Positions 20,602 through 31,026 are shown, counted from the stretch's first letter. The stretch: 64,000 bases of DNA from Candidatus Tectimicrobiota bacterium (GCA_016192455.1 JACPUC010000001.1:62001-126000), one strand, 5' to 3'. Program-made: numbers and translations. Notes: generated by a model from the sequence alone, not told the origin.

Positions 20602-20726
20602 GCACCGACGCTCGGGGGGCGCGTCGCGCGCCGGGAGCGGCCTGATTCCACCTTGCTTTTTCGGATTGAGCACGTATCTTCAGTAGAGTTGAAGGTGCTG
20701 TCAATCCCAGCGAAAGAGAACCTTGC

Positions 20727-21635
20727 ATGCAGCATCGTAGCGAGCTTGAGTTCCCGTACGCGCCCCTCAAGCCCTTTGCGGTGAGCCGCCGATCCTCGAT
20801 TCCTTACCTGAACATCTTCCTCTTTCTGGCGACGGTGCTCACCACCACGCACGTCGGCGCCTTGCAGTTCTTCCCCGACATTCTTGATGCCGCCCGCAAC
20901 CTGACCGCCGGCTTGAGCTTCTCCATTCCCCTCCTGGTGATCCTGCTGGCCCATGAGCTGGGGCACTACATCGTCTCGAAGCGCCGCGGCGTGCGGGTGA
21001 CGCTGCCCTTCTTCATTCCACTCCCCGTCTTCTCCATTATTGGCACCATGGGCGCATTCATTAAGATGGAATCGTTGGTCCCTGATCGTCGTTCGCTCTT
21101 CGATGTCGGCGTGGCGGGTCCCCTCGCCGGCATCGCCATCGCCATCCCGGTAAGCCTCATCGGCCTCGCCCTGTCGCAGGTCGTGCCGCTTCCGGAGCTG
21201 CGGGGCGGGCTGCAGCTCGGCGACTCCCTGCTTTTCCGGGGGATGCAGCAGCTCGTCCTCCGGGGTGATTCCTCCCACGCCACCATCATGCTCCATCCCA
21301 TGGCGTTCGCTGGTTGGGTGGGGCTGCTCGTCACCGCCCTCAACCTCATCCCGGCGGGGCAGCTCGATGGCGGGCACCTCGCCTACGGCCTCCTGGGCCG
21401 CTGGCACAAGCTGTTCAGCTACCTCATGGTGGCGGGGCTGGTGCTGCTCGGCTTCACGATGTGGTATGGCTGGCTCTTCTGGGCTCTCATCATCACCTTC
21501 ACCCTGAACAGGCTGAAGCATCCTCCCGTCCTCAACCCTGGCGACCCCATCGGACGTGGGCGCTGCTGGCTGGCCGCGCTGACCACGCTGATCCTGATCA
21601 CCACCTTCACTCCCGTTCCATTCAAACCGTTCTAG
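20727..21635 (+). CDS. Site-2 protease (peptidase M50)
   Basis: HELGH zinc motif, GTMGAFI, AGPLAG, NLIPAGQLDGGH. Confidence 0.95.
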   Translation: MQHRSELEFPYAPLKPFAVSRRSSIPYLNIFLFLATVLTTTHVGALQFFPDILDAARNLTAGLSFSIPLLVILLAHELGHYIVSKRRGVRVTLPFFIPLPVFSIIGTMGAFIKMESLVPDRRSLFDVGVAGPLAGIAIAIPVSLIGLALSQVVPLPELRGGLQLGDSLLFRGMQQLVLRGDSSHATIMLHPMAFAGWVGLLVTALNLIPAGQLDGGHLAYGLLGRWHKLFSYLMVAGLVLLGFTMWYGWLFWALIITFTLNRLKHPPVLNPGDPIGRGRCWLAALTTLILITTFTPVPFKPF

Positions 21636-21945
21636 TCGGCCGCCGTGCCGGCGACGGGCCACGGCGGAACCCCTGCCCGCAGCCTTGGGCGCAGCTTCGC
21701 GGCGCGCGGCCCCAGGCGATCCGCCGGTCCCCCCAGGCCCCGGCGCGCCTTCGCCCGGCTGCTCGTCGCTGCCTCTGCCTGAGCGCCCGCCTTCGAGGCA
21801 GCCCCTCGATCACCCTGGCCTCGGGGAGACCTCACCGGGCTTCGAGCCGGACCTTGACGTTGGTTGAATGATCCTATCATTTTTTCCTTCGACTCGTTCT
21901 AGCGTAAAGAGTCCAAGTTACTCAAAGTAGCTTAGAAATTTGTCG

Positions 21946-21973
21946 TTGACAGCTCAACGGTATGTGTTACACT
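21946..21973 (+). promoter_or_regulatory. Putative sigma-70 promoter of the pil operon
   Basis: TTGACA-N16-TACACT in an AT-rich patch. Confidence 0.6.
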
Positions 21974-22170
21974 TTGACGCAAGTCGGGGTTTGCGCCGTG
22001 GATCACTCGGGGATCACAGGGAGGCCCAGCTCCTCCCTGCCGGCGCCTGTGGGTGAGGGGACGCGATCGAGCCGCCTGCCACGATCAACCCCTGGAAATG
22101 TCGTCGCGCCGCGACGCCGCCGCGCTGCGGGGTGCGGCGCCCCGCGGGCGGACGCGGTTGAGGCACCAAG

Positions 22171-23436
22171 GTGGCCAACATCAAGCACAAACCGATCATT
22201 GGCTTGGACATCGGCAGTTACTGGCTGAAGGTCGCGGTCCTGAAGTCCGCCGGCAAGCAGTTCGAGCTGGTCAATTTCGGCGTCCTGCCGTTCAAGAAGA
22301 AGGTGATGAGCGAGGGCGTCATCACGGATCGCGCCGCAGTTGTGGCGGGCATCGCTGATCTCCTGAGCAGCGAGAGGATCAAGATCAAGGAGGTGGTGAC
22401 GGCCATTTCCGGCCCGTCGGTCATCGTCAAGCGCATCACGGTCCCGCGCATGAGCGCGAATGAGATGGCGGAGACCATCTCGCTCGAAGCGGAGCAGTAC
22501 GTCCCCTTCCCGATCAACGAGGTGAACCTCGACTTCTCAATCGTTGAACCGGAGCCGCAGGCGAAATCCAGCCCCCCCAAGTCGAAAGCCGCGGAAGGGG
22601 CGCCGGAGCAGATGGAAGTGATTCTCGTGGCGGCGAAGCGCGATAGGGTGGAGATGTTGGGGGAGGTCGTGCGCGAGGCGGGGCTGACGCCGAAGATCAT
22701 CGATGTCGGCCTCTTCGCCCTCAGCAACGTCTTCGAGCAGAGTGAAGAGCAGCGCCTGGCTCAACAGAAATCGGCCAAGAAGCCCAAAAAGAAGAAGCAG
22801 AAGAAGGAAAAGAAGAAGAAAGGGGAACAAGAGCCGCAAGCTGAAGAGGCGGAGGCGGAGACCCCTCCCGCCGCCGAGGCCGTCGAGGGGGACGAGGAAG
22901 CCCTTATCCCTGCCGAGCAAAAGGGCAGCCGTGTGGTGGCGCTGGTGAATCTCGGCTACGAGATGGTGAACGTGAACCTGGTAAAGGAGCGCGTGCCGGT
23001 CTTCACCCGCGACATCCCAACCGGCGGCAAAAAGATCACCGAGGCCATTCGAGAGCGCTGCCACGTCAACGAAGATGAGGCCGAGAGCTTGAAGCTCGGC
23101 GCCCCGGTGGAAGGTGTCTCGAAAGACCTCGTGATCGAGTGCATCCGCGACTCCCTGCAGAACATCGCGGAAGAGCTGCGGCGCACCTTCGAATTCTTCC
23201 AGGGAGGCGCCGGCGGACAGCCGATTGAGCGCATCGTGCTCAGCGGGGGCTGCGCCGCCATTCAAGGCGTCGCGCAGTTGCTGAGTGAGGAGACGGAGTT
23301 GCCCGTGGAGCTCGCCAACCCGTTTGCGGCCCTGAAGGTCAACCCCAAGGTTTTCGACGAGGAGTTCCTGCAGGCCATGGCGCCCGTCGCCGCCGTGAGC
23401 GTGGGCCTGGCCCTGCGGAGTGCGGCTGAGCCATGA
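22171..23436 (+). CDS. pilM: Type IV pilus assembly protein PilM
   Basis: IGLDIGS, SVIVKRI, EAEQYVPFPINEVNLDF, VFTRDIPTGG, IVLSGGCA, ANPF, VGLALR. Confidence 0.95.
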   Translation: MANIKHKPIIGLDIGSYWLKVAVLKSAGKQFELVNFGVLPFKKKVMSEGVITDRAAVVAGIADLLSSERIKIKEVVTAISGPSVIVKRITVPRMSANEMAETISLEAEQYVPFPINEVNLDFSIVEPEPQAKSSPPKSKAAEGAPEQMEVILVAAKRDRVEMLGEVVREAGLTPKIIDVGLFALSNVFEQSEEQRLAQQKSAKKPKKKKQKKEKKKKGEQEPQAEEAEAETPPAAEAVEGDEEALIPAEQKGSRVVALVNLGYEMVNVNLVKERVPVFTRDIPTGGKKITEAIRERCHVNEDEAESLKLGAPVEGVSKDLVIECIRDSLQNIAEELRRTFEFFQGGAGGQPIERIVLSGGCAAIQGVAQLLSEETELPVELANPFAALKVNPKVFDEEFLQAMAPVAAVSVGLALRSAAEP

Positions 23437-24062
23437 TCCGCATCAACGTCATCCGGAGCCGCGGCCCCATCCGCGGCCAGCAGGTGAGGCGCCAGGTGAT
23501 GATCGTGGGCGTCCTCTTCCTCTTGGTGGCGGCTGGCGTGGGATACTACTGGCGCGCCCAGGCAGCCGAGCTTGGCGCCCTCCGCACGGAAATCAACGAC
23601 CTGAAGCGCAAGCTCGGTCCCTTGCAGAAACAAGTTGAAAAGGTCAAGGAGTTCGAGACCCAGAAGGCAGAGCTGGTCGCGAAGCTGACGGTCATCACGA
23701 AGCTTGAACAGAGCCGCAGCGGCCCGGCGGCGATGCTCCAGCATCTTCGCCGCTACCTCCCAGAGCAGCTTTGGCTTACCCAGCTCAGCGAGCGTTCTGA
23801 GCTGGCGGTGGGCGGCGTGCTGGTGGAAGGTTACGCCTTCGCCAACACGGATGTCGCCCGCTTCATGAAGAACCTGGAGGCGAGTAAGTTCTTCGCCATC
23901 ATCCAACTCATAGAGTCGCAAGAGGCCGAGCTCGAGGGCATCAAGGTGTTGAAGTTCCGCCTCCGTCTGTTCCGCGAGGCGCCCCCGGCCCCCGCCGTCC
24001 CCGCTCCCCCCGCCGCCCCTGCTGGCCCCAAAGTGGAGAAGGCGAGACCCAAGAAGGCCTGA
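23433..24062 (+). CDS. pilN: Type IV pilus assembly protein PilN
   Basis: MIRINV N-terminal motif, TM helix, coiled coil, LPEQLWLT, VARFMKNLEAS. Confidence 0.92.
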   Translation: MIRINVIRSRGPIRGQQVRRQVMIVGVLFLLVAAGVGYYWRAQAAELGALRTEINDLKRKLGPLQKQVEKVKEFETQKAELVAKLTVITKLEQSRSGPAAMLQHLRRYLPEQLWLTQLSERSELAVGGVLVEGYAFANTDVARFMKNLEASKFFAIIQLIESQEAELEGIKVLKFRLRLFREAPPAPAVPAPPAAPAGPKVEKARPKKA

Positions 24063-24089
24063 CAGCGTGACAGGCTCGCCAACCGCGCC

Positions 24090-24704
24090 ATGAATATCTT
24101 TGCGCAGCTTGAACAGATCCCTTCAACCCAGCGTCTCTTGCTGTTCGTCATCATTCTCCTCTTGGTGCCGGGAGGCTACTACTACTTCTTCTTCAACGAC
24201 AACGTTGAGCAGCTCAAGAAACTCAGCAGCGAGCGGGAGACCCTGAAGCTGACGCTGGCCAAGAACTCCGCCGTGGCCCGGCGCCTGCCGAGCTTCGAGC
24301 AGGAGCTTGTCCAGCTTCAGCGCGACTTCAAGCTTGCCCTGGCGAAGCTGCCGGATGCGACGGAGATCCCCGAGCTCCTGGAGCATATCTCGCGCCTGGC
24401 CTTCGCCCGGGGCATCCAATTCACCCTCTTCAAGCCCGAGATCGAGGCGCCGAAGGACTTCTACGCCGAGATTCCGGTCAGCATGCGGATGCGCAGCGAC
24501 TACCAGTCCATCGTGCGTTTCTTTGAAGACGTCGGCACCCTGGCGCGCATCGTCAATCTCAGCAACATCGTCATCACCGAGCCGCGCCTTGAGGACGGTC
24601 GAGCGGTCCTCAGGGTAGAGTGCGTCGCCACGACCTACCGCTTCCTGCCCAAGCCACCTACGTCGGACGCGAAGAATGGCAAAGAGAGCGCCGCGAAGAA
24701 GTAG
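24090..24704 (+). CDS. pilO: Type IV pilus assembly protein PilO
   Basis: LPDATEIPELL, DFYAEIPV, LARIVN, ATTYRF. Confidence 0.94.
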   Translation: MNIFAQLEQIPSTQRLLLFVIILLLVPGGYYYFFFNDNVEQLKKLSSERETLKLTLAKNSAVARRLPSFEQELVQLQRDFKLALAKLPDATEIPELLEHISRLAFARGIQFTLFKPEIEAPKDFYAEIPVSMRMRSDYQSIVRFFEDVGTLARIVNLSNIVITEPRLEDGRAVLRVECVATTYRFLPKPPTSDAKNGKESAAKK

Positions 24705-24732
24705 CAGCCGGGAGAGGAAGGAGAGCATCGCG

Positions 24733-25392
24733 ATGTCCGCAGGCCGCCGCCGGCCGGCGGTGCTCTGGCGTGCGGGGGGGATTCTGGCGGGCCTTCTGGT
24801 GCTGCTCGTTGGCGCTCCTCTGCCTCCGGGGATCCTCCAGTCGGCCCCCTTCGTCTCGTCGGAGATGCAGCGCGCCTTGGCGGGGGCGGCAGCGGCGCAG
24901 TCCGCGCGCCCCGCCGCGCCCGCGCCCACGTCGAAGCCTCCCGCCGAGGCGCCGCGTGCCCCCCAGGCCGGCGGCGCGGCAACGGCAGCCGCCCCGGCCA
25001 TCATCAAGAGCGAACCCGGCGAGCTTCGCGATCCCTTCAAGCCGCTCATCTTGAGTCGGGAAGAGCTCGCCCGCCGCGAGAAGGTGGAAGCCGCCAAGAA
25101 GGCCGAAGAGCCTGCCATGCCTACCGAGCTTCTCCCACCCCTGCAGCGCTTCGATCTCTCGAACCTCACCCTGGTGGGGATCATCCGCGCCGCGGGGGAG
25201 AACCTGGCGGTCGTGCAGGCCCCGAACGGGCGCGGCTACTTCGTGCGCGCGAAGATGCGCGTCGGCCGGAACCAGGGCGTCGTCAAGGTGATCAGGCCGG
25301 ATTCGATCGTCATCGTGGAACAACACAAGAACCCCCTGGGGCAACCGGAGCCCAAGGAGGTGACGGTGAAGCTCCGGCCGAGTGAGGGATGA
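24733..25392 (+). CDS. pilP: Type IV pilus assembly protein PilP
   Basis: RDPFKP, PLQRFDLSNLTLVGII, AVVQAPNGRGY, GRNQGVV; lies between pilO and pilQ. Confidence 0.9.
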   Translation: MSAGRRRPAVLWRAGGILAGLLVLLVGAPLPPGILQSAPFVSSEMQRALAGAAAAQSARPAAPAPTSKPPAEAPRAPQAGGAATAAAPAIIKSEPGELRDPFKPLILSREELARREKVEAAKKAEEPAMPTELLPPLQRFDLSNLTLVGIIRAAGENLAVVQAPNGRGYFVRAKMRVGRNQGVVKVIRPDSIVIVEQHKNPLGQPEPKEVTVKLRPSEG

Positions 25393-27524
25393 GTGGCGTG
25401 CGCGATCTGCTGCTGAGGAGTGCCCTAGCCCTCTGCCTGCTGCTCGGGGGGAGCGTCCAGGCCCAAGAGGCGCCGCCTCGACCGGTGCTCACCACCATCT
25501 CCGTCGAGGGACGCGGCGAGCAGACCCGTGTGGTCCTGACCGTGCAGGGAACCCTTCTGGGGTATGATCTCGTCGCCGCGGAGAAGGCGCTCACCGTCTC
25601 CCTCAATGACGTGCAACCAGTGCTGCTGCCGAAGTTCCAGATTGTCTCGAACCCCCTGGTGCCGCGGTGGTCCGTTGCGCCGGTCGAGGCGGGCCGGGGG
25701 ACGAAAGTTGAGCTGCAGCTCGGCGCGCCCGTAACCTTTGTGGCCAAGCGCCTGCCGCAGGGGCTGGAGATCATCCTCCGCGCGGTCTCGGCGCCGCCTC
25801 CGCCGGCCGCCGCCGCGCCTGCCGCACCGGCTCCGCAGGAGCGCGCGGAGAAACCCGCCGAGCCGCCCGCTCCAGCAGCCTCTCTCCCGCCGACCGGGGA
25901 GCCGGTCGAGCCGCCGCGGGCCGAAGCCGCGGTGGTCCCCGCACCGCCCCCTGCGCCGGCACGCCCGGCCGCCGCGCAGCCGCCGGAACCAGCGCCCGCG
26001 CCGCCGCCGCGGGAAGCGCCGAAGCGAGAGGCGCCGAGCGCGGCCGCCGCCCCGCCGCCGCCGGCGGAGAAGATGCCGCAGGCGGCGCCACCCTCTCCGC
26101 CACGCGCGCCTGCGCCACCCGCGCCTGCCAAGGAAGCCCCCGTCGTTGCGGCGCCGAAGCCAGCCGCGGCGCCGCCCGCGGCCGCCGCGGAACGCCCCGC
26201 CGCCCCGCCCCAACCGGCGTTCACGGGACAGAAAATCTCCCTCGACTTCCACAACGCGGACATCAACAACGTGCTGCGCGCCCTGGCCGAGGTGAGCGGC
26301 TTGAACGTCATCACCAGCGAGGACGTCAAAGGAGCGCTCTCCATCCGCATGGAGGAGGTGCCCTGGGATCAGGCGCTCGATGTGATCCTGAAGGTGAAGG
26401 GGCTGGTGAAGCGGGAGGAGGGGAACATCCTGCGCATCCTCACCCTGCAGAGCCTGAAGGTGGAGGACGAGGCGCGCCGCGCGGAGGTTGAGGCCGAGTC
26501 CAGGATGCGCGTGGAGAAGGCGCGCGCCCTAAAGGCGGAGCAGGAAGTTGAAGTGGAAGTTCCCCTCACCGAGAAACTCGTTCCGATCCTTTACGCCAAT
26601 GCCGAGCAGATCAAGGCGAACCTCGAACCCTTCCTCTCCAAGGACCGCAAGGGTGCGGTGCGGGGGTTCATCAACGTCAACAAGCACACGAATACGATCA
26701 TCATCCGCGACACCGAGAAAAACCTGCGCGACATCCAGACCATCATCGACCGCCTCGACAAGCCCACGCCGCAAGTGATCATCGAGGCGCGCATCGTCGA
26801 GGCGACGCTCGATTTCGCCCGCGACCTCGGCGTGCAGTGGGGTTCCGGCCTGATCGAGGACGAGCTGCGCCTGCGCGGCGGCTTGAACCCGGCAACCGGC
26901 GCCGGCGTCAACTTGCCGGCGGTGGGGGCGAATTCAGCGCTCGACATCGCGGTGGGCAACCTGGCCAACACCCGCGTCCTTGATCTGCGCCTCTCCGCCT
27001 TCCAGTCCGAGGGGAAGGCCCGCATCATCACCATGCCGCGCATCTCCACCCTGGATAACAAAGAGGCCGTGATCCAACGCGGCGACCGCATCCCCATCCG
27101 GGTGTTGAACCAGCAGGGGGTCACCTCCACCGAGTTCGTCGATGCCAACCTGACGCTGACGGTCACGCCGCACGTGACCCTGGACGACTTCATCGGCATG
27201 CGCATCGTCGTCAACCTCGACGAGCCTGATTTCTCCCGCACCTCCGTCGACGGCATCCCCACCATCGTCACCCGCAACGCGCGCACCGAGGCGCTGGTGA
27301 AGAACGGCAACACGATGGTCATCGGCGGCCTCCTGCAGCGCACCATGTCGGATAATGAAAACCAGGTGCCCGGCATCGCCAGGATCCCACTTTTTGGTCG
27401 CCTCTTCCGGCGCAGCGCAAAATCCGAGCAGAACCGCGAGCTCCTCATCTTCATCTCACCCACGATCATCCGGCGGGAGGGCAGCGCCGCGGCGGAGAAC
27501 GATCCCCGGGCGGCGACGCCCTGA
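25389..27524 (+). CDS. pilQ: Type IV pilus secretin PilQ
   Basis: FTGQKISLDF, VPWDQALD, QVIIEARIVEA, VPGIARIPLFGRLF, ELLIFISPTII; long Pro/Ala linker after the N-terminal domain. Confidence 0.96.
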   Translation: MSGVRDLLLRSALALCLLLGGSVQAQEAPPRPVLTTISVEGRGEQTRVVLTVQGTLLGYDLVAAEKALTVSLNDVQPVLLPKFQIVSNPLVPRWSVAPVEAGRGTKVELQLGAPVTFVAKRLPQGLEIILRAVSAPPPPAAAAPAAPAPQERAEKPAEPPAPAASLPPTGEPVEPPRAEAAVVPAPPPAPARPAAAQPPEPAPAPPPREAPKREAPSAAAAPPPPAEKMPQAAPPSPPRAPAPPAPAKEAPVVAAPKPAAAPPAAAAERPAAPPQPAFTGQKISLDFHNADINNVLRALAEVSGLNVITSEDVKGALSIRMEEVPWDQALDVILKVKGLVKREEGNILRILTLQSLKVEDEARRAEVEAESRMRVEKARALKAEQEVEVEVPLTEKLVPILYANAEQIKANLEPFLSKDRKGAVRGFINVNKHTNTIIIRDTEKNLRDIQTIIDRLDKPTPQVIIEARIVEATLDFARDLGVQWGSGLIEDELRLRGGLNPATGAGVNLPAVGANSALDIAVGNLANTRVLDLRLSAFQSEGKARIITMPRISTLDNKEAVIQRGDRIPIRVLNQQGVTSTEFVDANLTLTVTPHVTLDDFIGMRIVVNLDEPDFSRTSVDGIPTIVTRNARTEALVKNGNTMVIGGLLQRTMSDNENQVPGIARIPLFGRLFRRSAKSEQNRELLIFISPTIIRREGSAAAENDPRAATP

Positions 27525-27861
27525 CCTCCCGTCGCTCCTCTCCCCGCGGAGGGATGCAGCCGGGGTGGCGGCGCCGGAGCGGAACCACCGTGTCCGAGGT
27601 GAGGAGGGCTGAGGCCGCAAGGGGGCGGGTGCGGCGGTGCGGCCAGGTGGGCAGGGACGCGGCGCTCCTCTCCACGGCGCCGGTGCCGGGCGCGCCCACG
27701 GTGATGACGTTCCAGCGCGGTCCGATTGCGCCGCCACTTTGCGGAGCTCATACTTCACGCGCGAGGGGAACGCCGGGCGCCCCGCAAGGGGCGGACGGGA
27801 TGCGTTGCGGCCGACAGGCCGGCACGCACGAGGCGCAGGTCACGAGACGCGGGAGAGGGGC

Positions 27862-28824
27862 ATGCGAGCCACGCCGACGTTCAGCACGCCGGCTCGGCAT
27901 CGAGCCAGGCTGCGCAGGCTGCGCCGCCGCCTGCTCGGAGTGATGTCCGCACTTGCCACCCTCCTCGTGGGCGCGCTCGCGCCCGCTCTGCCGGCAGGCG
28001 CGCAGCTTACCCTGCGACCCGCCGTGTACGAAGCGGTGCTCCAGGCGGCGACGAGAGTGGACCTCGTCCTCACGCCCGCGGAGATCGAGCGTCTCGACGC
28101 CTTGCGCGTCGTTCAGGGGACAGAACGACGCTTCCTGTTCACCGAGTTCGATGACCTCCGTCTGTCGCGCCGCAGCGGCTTCCGGCTGGTGCCCGGCGAA
28201 GACCTCTTCATCGTCAAGCTGCGGCAGCGCGTCTATGACCCCGACTCGCGCGATCTCCTCGGGCAGGTGGCGAGCTTCACGGCTCGCCTGCGCGTGCGCG
28301 ACGTCGTGGGCCGGGAAGTGCGCGCCGTGACGCGGCAGGTCTCGGAAGAGATGGTCCTCGACGACGCGGTGGTGCTGCTGGCCGGGGGCGAACCGCTGCC
28401 AGCCCCGGAGGCGTTGCGGCGACGCAAGCCGGGGCTCCCTTACGGCAGGATCGTCGCCTCGCGCGCCGGCGCCACCATCTTGTCGGAGGGAGCCGTCGTC
28501 TTCCTCAATGTGGGGACCGCCCAGCAGGTGCGGCCGGGGATGCGCCTGCCCGTCCTCGCCTGGCAGGAGATCGACACGCGCGATCCCGGCGCGCCCCGCC
28601 AGGCCGATCGACCGGAGACGCAGCGCCTTCCTCCAGCCCCCCGCCGTCTGGCGCCGGAGACCATGGAACCTGCCGGCAGTCGCGCCGGCCAACGCACGGT
28701 CCGTCTCGGCGAGCTGCGGGCGACCCTGGTCCGCGATCACCTCAGCACCGCGGTCATCACGACCGCCGGCCGCGACATCCAGGTTGGCGACTTCGTCGAG
28801 CTCCCCGCTCCTGCCGCGCCCTGA
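27862..28824 (+). CDS. Hypothetical exported protein, TsaP/FlgT C-terminal-like beta domains
   Basis: Signal-like segment; GRIVAS...VVFLNVG...VRPG and STAVIT...DIQVGDFV patterns; follows pilQ. Confidence 0.6.
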   Translation: MRATPTFSTPARHRARLRRLRRRLLGVMSALATLLVGALAPALPAGAQLTLRPAVYEAVLQAATRVDLVLTPAEIERLDALRVVQGTERRFLFTEFDDLRLSRRSGFRLVPGEDLFIVKLRQRVYDPDSRDLLGQVASFTARLRVRDVVGREVRAVTRQVSEEMVLDDAVVLLAGGEPLPAPEALRRRKPGLPYGRIVASRAGATILSEGAVVFLNVGTAQQVRPGMRLPVLAWQEIDTRDPGAPRQADRPETQRLPPAPRRLAPETMEPAGSRAGQRTVRLGELRATLVRDHLSTAVITTAGRDIQVGDFVELPAPAAP

Positions 28825-28909
28825 TGCACCCGCGTGGCATGGGGCGAGCCGCGGAGAAGAGCGCAGGAGGCGCCCAGGCCGCCCTGGCGGCGAAGGCGCG
28901 AAACTCAAC

Positions 28910-29989
28910 ATGCCGACGCTCACCGTTCCACTCGCCCAGCGAAGCTATCCGATCATCATCGAACCGGGGCTGCTTGCTCGTGTCGGGGCCCACCTGCGGC
29001 AGGCGGGCCTCCACCACCAGGTGGCCGTCGTCACCCAGCCGCCGGTGGCGGCAAGCCATGGGGCGCGCCTGCGCGCCGGCCTCGAGGACGCCGGCATCAC
29101 GCCGCTTGTCATCGAGGTGCCTGACGGCGAGGCGAGCAAATCCCTGGCCCAGGCCAGCCGTCTCTACGATCTCCTCCTGCAGGCGCGCTTCGAGCGCGGC
29201 GCCACGCTGCTGGCGTTCGGGGGCGGAGTCGTGGGGGACCTCACCGGCTTCGTGGCCGCCACCTACCTGCGCGGCATCGCTTTCGTGCAGGTGCCGACCA
29301 CCCTCCTGGCGCAGGTTGACAGCAGCGTCGGCGGCAAGACGGCGGTGAACCACGAGCTCGGCAAGAATCTCATCGGCGCGTTCTACCAGCCGCGCGCCGT
29401 CTACATTGATCCGCAGACCTTGCGCAGCCTGCCGCCGCGCGAGTATCGCGCCGGCCTGGCGGAGGTCGTCAAGTGCGGCTTCATCGCCGATGCCGGGCTG
29501 GTGGGCTACCTCGAGCAGGAGATGAACGCCGTGCGCGAGCAAGCGCCGGAGGCGCTCGAACGCATGATCCAGGCCTCCTGCCGCATCAAGGCCGAGGTGG
29601 TGGGCGCCGACGAGGAGGACCGCACCGGCCGGCGCGCCATCCTCAACTACGGGCACACCTTGGCCCATGCCATCGAGGCGGTCTGCCACTACGAGGAGTA
29701 CCGCCACGGCGAGGCGGTGGCCATCGGCATGGTGTGCGCCGCGCGCTTGAGCGAAGAGGTCCTCGGCTGCCCCGGAAACCTCGGCGAGCGCACCCTGGCG
29801 CTCCTCAGCGCGCTGGGCCTGCCGACGCGCTGCGCCGGCCTCTCACCCGCCCGCCTCCTGGAGGCCATGGCGCTCGACAAGAAGGTCCAGCACGGGCGAT
29901 TGCGCTTCGTCCTGCTGCCCCGCGTCGGCGCCGCGAAGCTTGTGGGAGACGTCCCCACCGAGCTTGTGCGGCGGGCCATCCCGGTGTGA
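28910..29989 (+). CDS. aroB: 3-dehydroquinate synthase
   Basis: PDGEASKS, GGGVVGDLTGFVAATYLRG, PTTLLAQVDSSVGGKT, GKNLIGAFYQP, LNYGHT. Confidence 0.97.
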   Translation: MPTLTVPLAQRSYPIIIEPGLLARVGAHLRQAGLHHQVAVVTQPPVAASHGARLRAGLEDAGITPLVIEVPDGEASKSLAQASRLYDLLLQARFERGATLLAFGGGVVGDLTGFVAATYLRGIAFVQVPTTLLAQVDSSVGGKTAVNHELGKNLIGAFYQPRAVYIDPQTLRSLPPREYRAGLAEVVKCGFIADAGLVGYLEQEMNAVREQAPEALERMIQASCRIKAEVVGADEEDRTGRRAILNYGHTLAHAIEAVCHYEEYRHGEAVAIGMVCAARLSEEVLGCPGNLGERTLALLSALGLPTRCAGLSPARLLEAMALDKKVQHGRLRFVLLPRVGAAKLVGDVPTELVRRAIPV

Positions 29990-30348
29990 GCCCGCTCCCT
30001 GCCCCAGCCCGCCGGCCGGCGTCCGCGTCTTCCTCCCCCCCGGAGCAATTCGCTTGACTTCGGCGATCTCCCTTCCGTATGCTGAGTGCCGCGAAGGAGT
30101 GGCGCGCGCGGTCGCTGCGCAGAAGTTGCGGTGTTGTTTTGGCAGGCGCCCCCAAGGAAGGCATGAGGGAACGAGGGGCGCGGCTTGGTGGAAGGTCCTC
30201 AATGCGGCCGCAAGGGTGGCCGCGTCATCGTGAAGGGGAGCGTGCCGCGCCGGCGTCGGCCTCCCGTCAGGCGTGCCTGCGGCCCGAGGTGAAGCGCGAC
30301 GCACCCATACCGGAGGGGCGGCTGACGAGCGCCTCTCATCCCTCTCCC

Positions 30349-31026
30349 ATGCCACAAGCGCCACGCCCCCAACCATCACCGTCAGGTATTCTTCAGGCGG
30401 CCATCTCGCGCTACGCGCAGCAGCTTGAAGAGGATCCCGACTCCTTCATTTTCATGGCCTTGGCCAATGCCCTGCGCAAGAATGGCAATATGGCCGGCGC
30501 CATCGAGGTGTGCGAGCAGGGGGTGGCGCGGCATCCCACCTACTCTACGGCGCGGCTGGCGTTGGCGACCATGTACGCCGAGGCCGAGCGTTGGAGGGAA
30601 GCCTTCGAGCACGTCACCCAGGTGCTGCGGGAGAATCCGGAGAACCTCCTGGCGCGCGGCCTCGCCGACCAGATCGCGGAGCACCTGGCGCCGAGCCGGC
30701 AGGGCGCGCCGGTGCCGCCGGGTGGGGCGTCGGCCAGGGCTGTCGCGCAGGCGCCGTCGCGCCCTGCCGTCAGGCGGAGGGGAGTGGAGCCGCCGCCAAG
30801 CGCAGACCTCGCGCCGCGCGTGCCGCAGGCGGTGCGAGCCCAAAGCCGGGTCCAGCAGCCACCGTCCGCCGCCGCGCCCCGCAAGGTCGGCGCTGGCGAG
30901 GTCCGCGGCGGGGAATCGCCGCCTGGCGCTCCGAGGCGGGCGGGGTGCACGCGAACCGTGGCTCTCCTCGAGCGCTGGCTCGCCGTTCTCGCCGAGCGGC
31001 GGCAGTCGCATTCAACAGCACCATGA
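30349..31026 (+). CDS. Tetratricopeptide repeat protein
   Basis: [18 protein letters not shown]...[15 protein letters not shown]...NPENLLA; C-terminal LERWL; usual position between aroB and aroQ. Confidence 0.8.
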   Translation: MPQAPRPQPSPSGILQAAISRYAQQLEEDPDSFIFMALANALRKNGNMAGAIEVCEQGVARHPTYSTARLALATMYAEAERWREAFEHVTQVLRENPENLLARGLADQIAEHLAPSRQGAPVPPGGASARAVAQAPSRPAVRRRGVEPPPSADLAPRVPQAVRAQSRVQQPPSAAAPRKVGAGEVRGGESPPGAPRRAGCTRTVALLERWLAVLAERRQSHSTAP

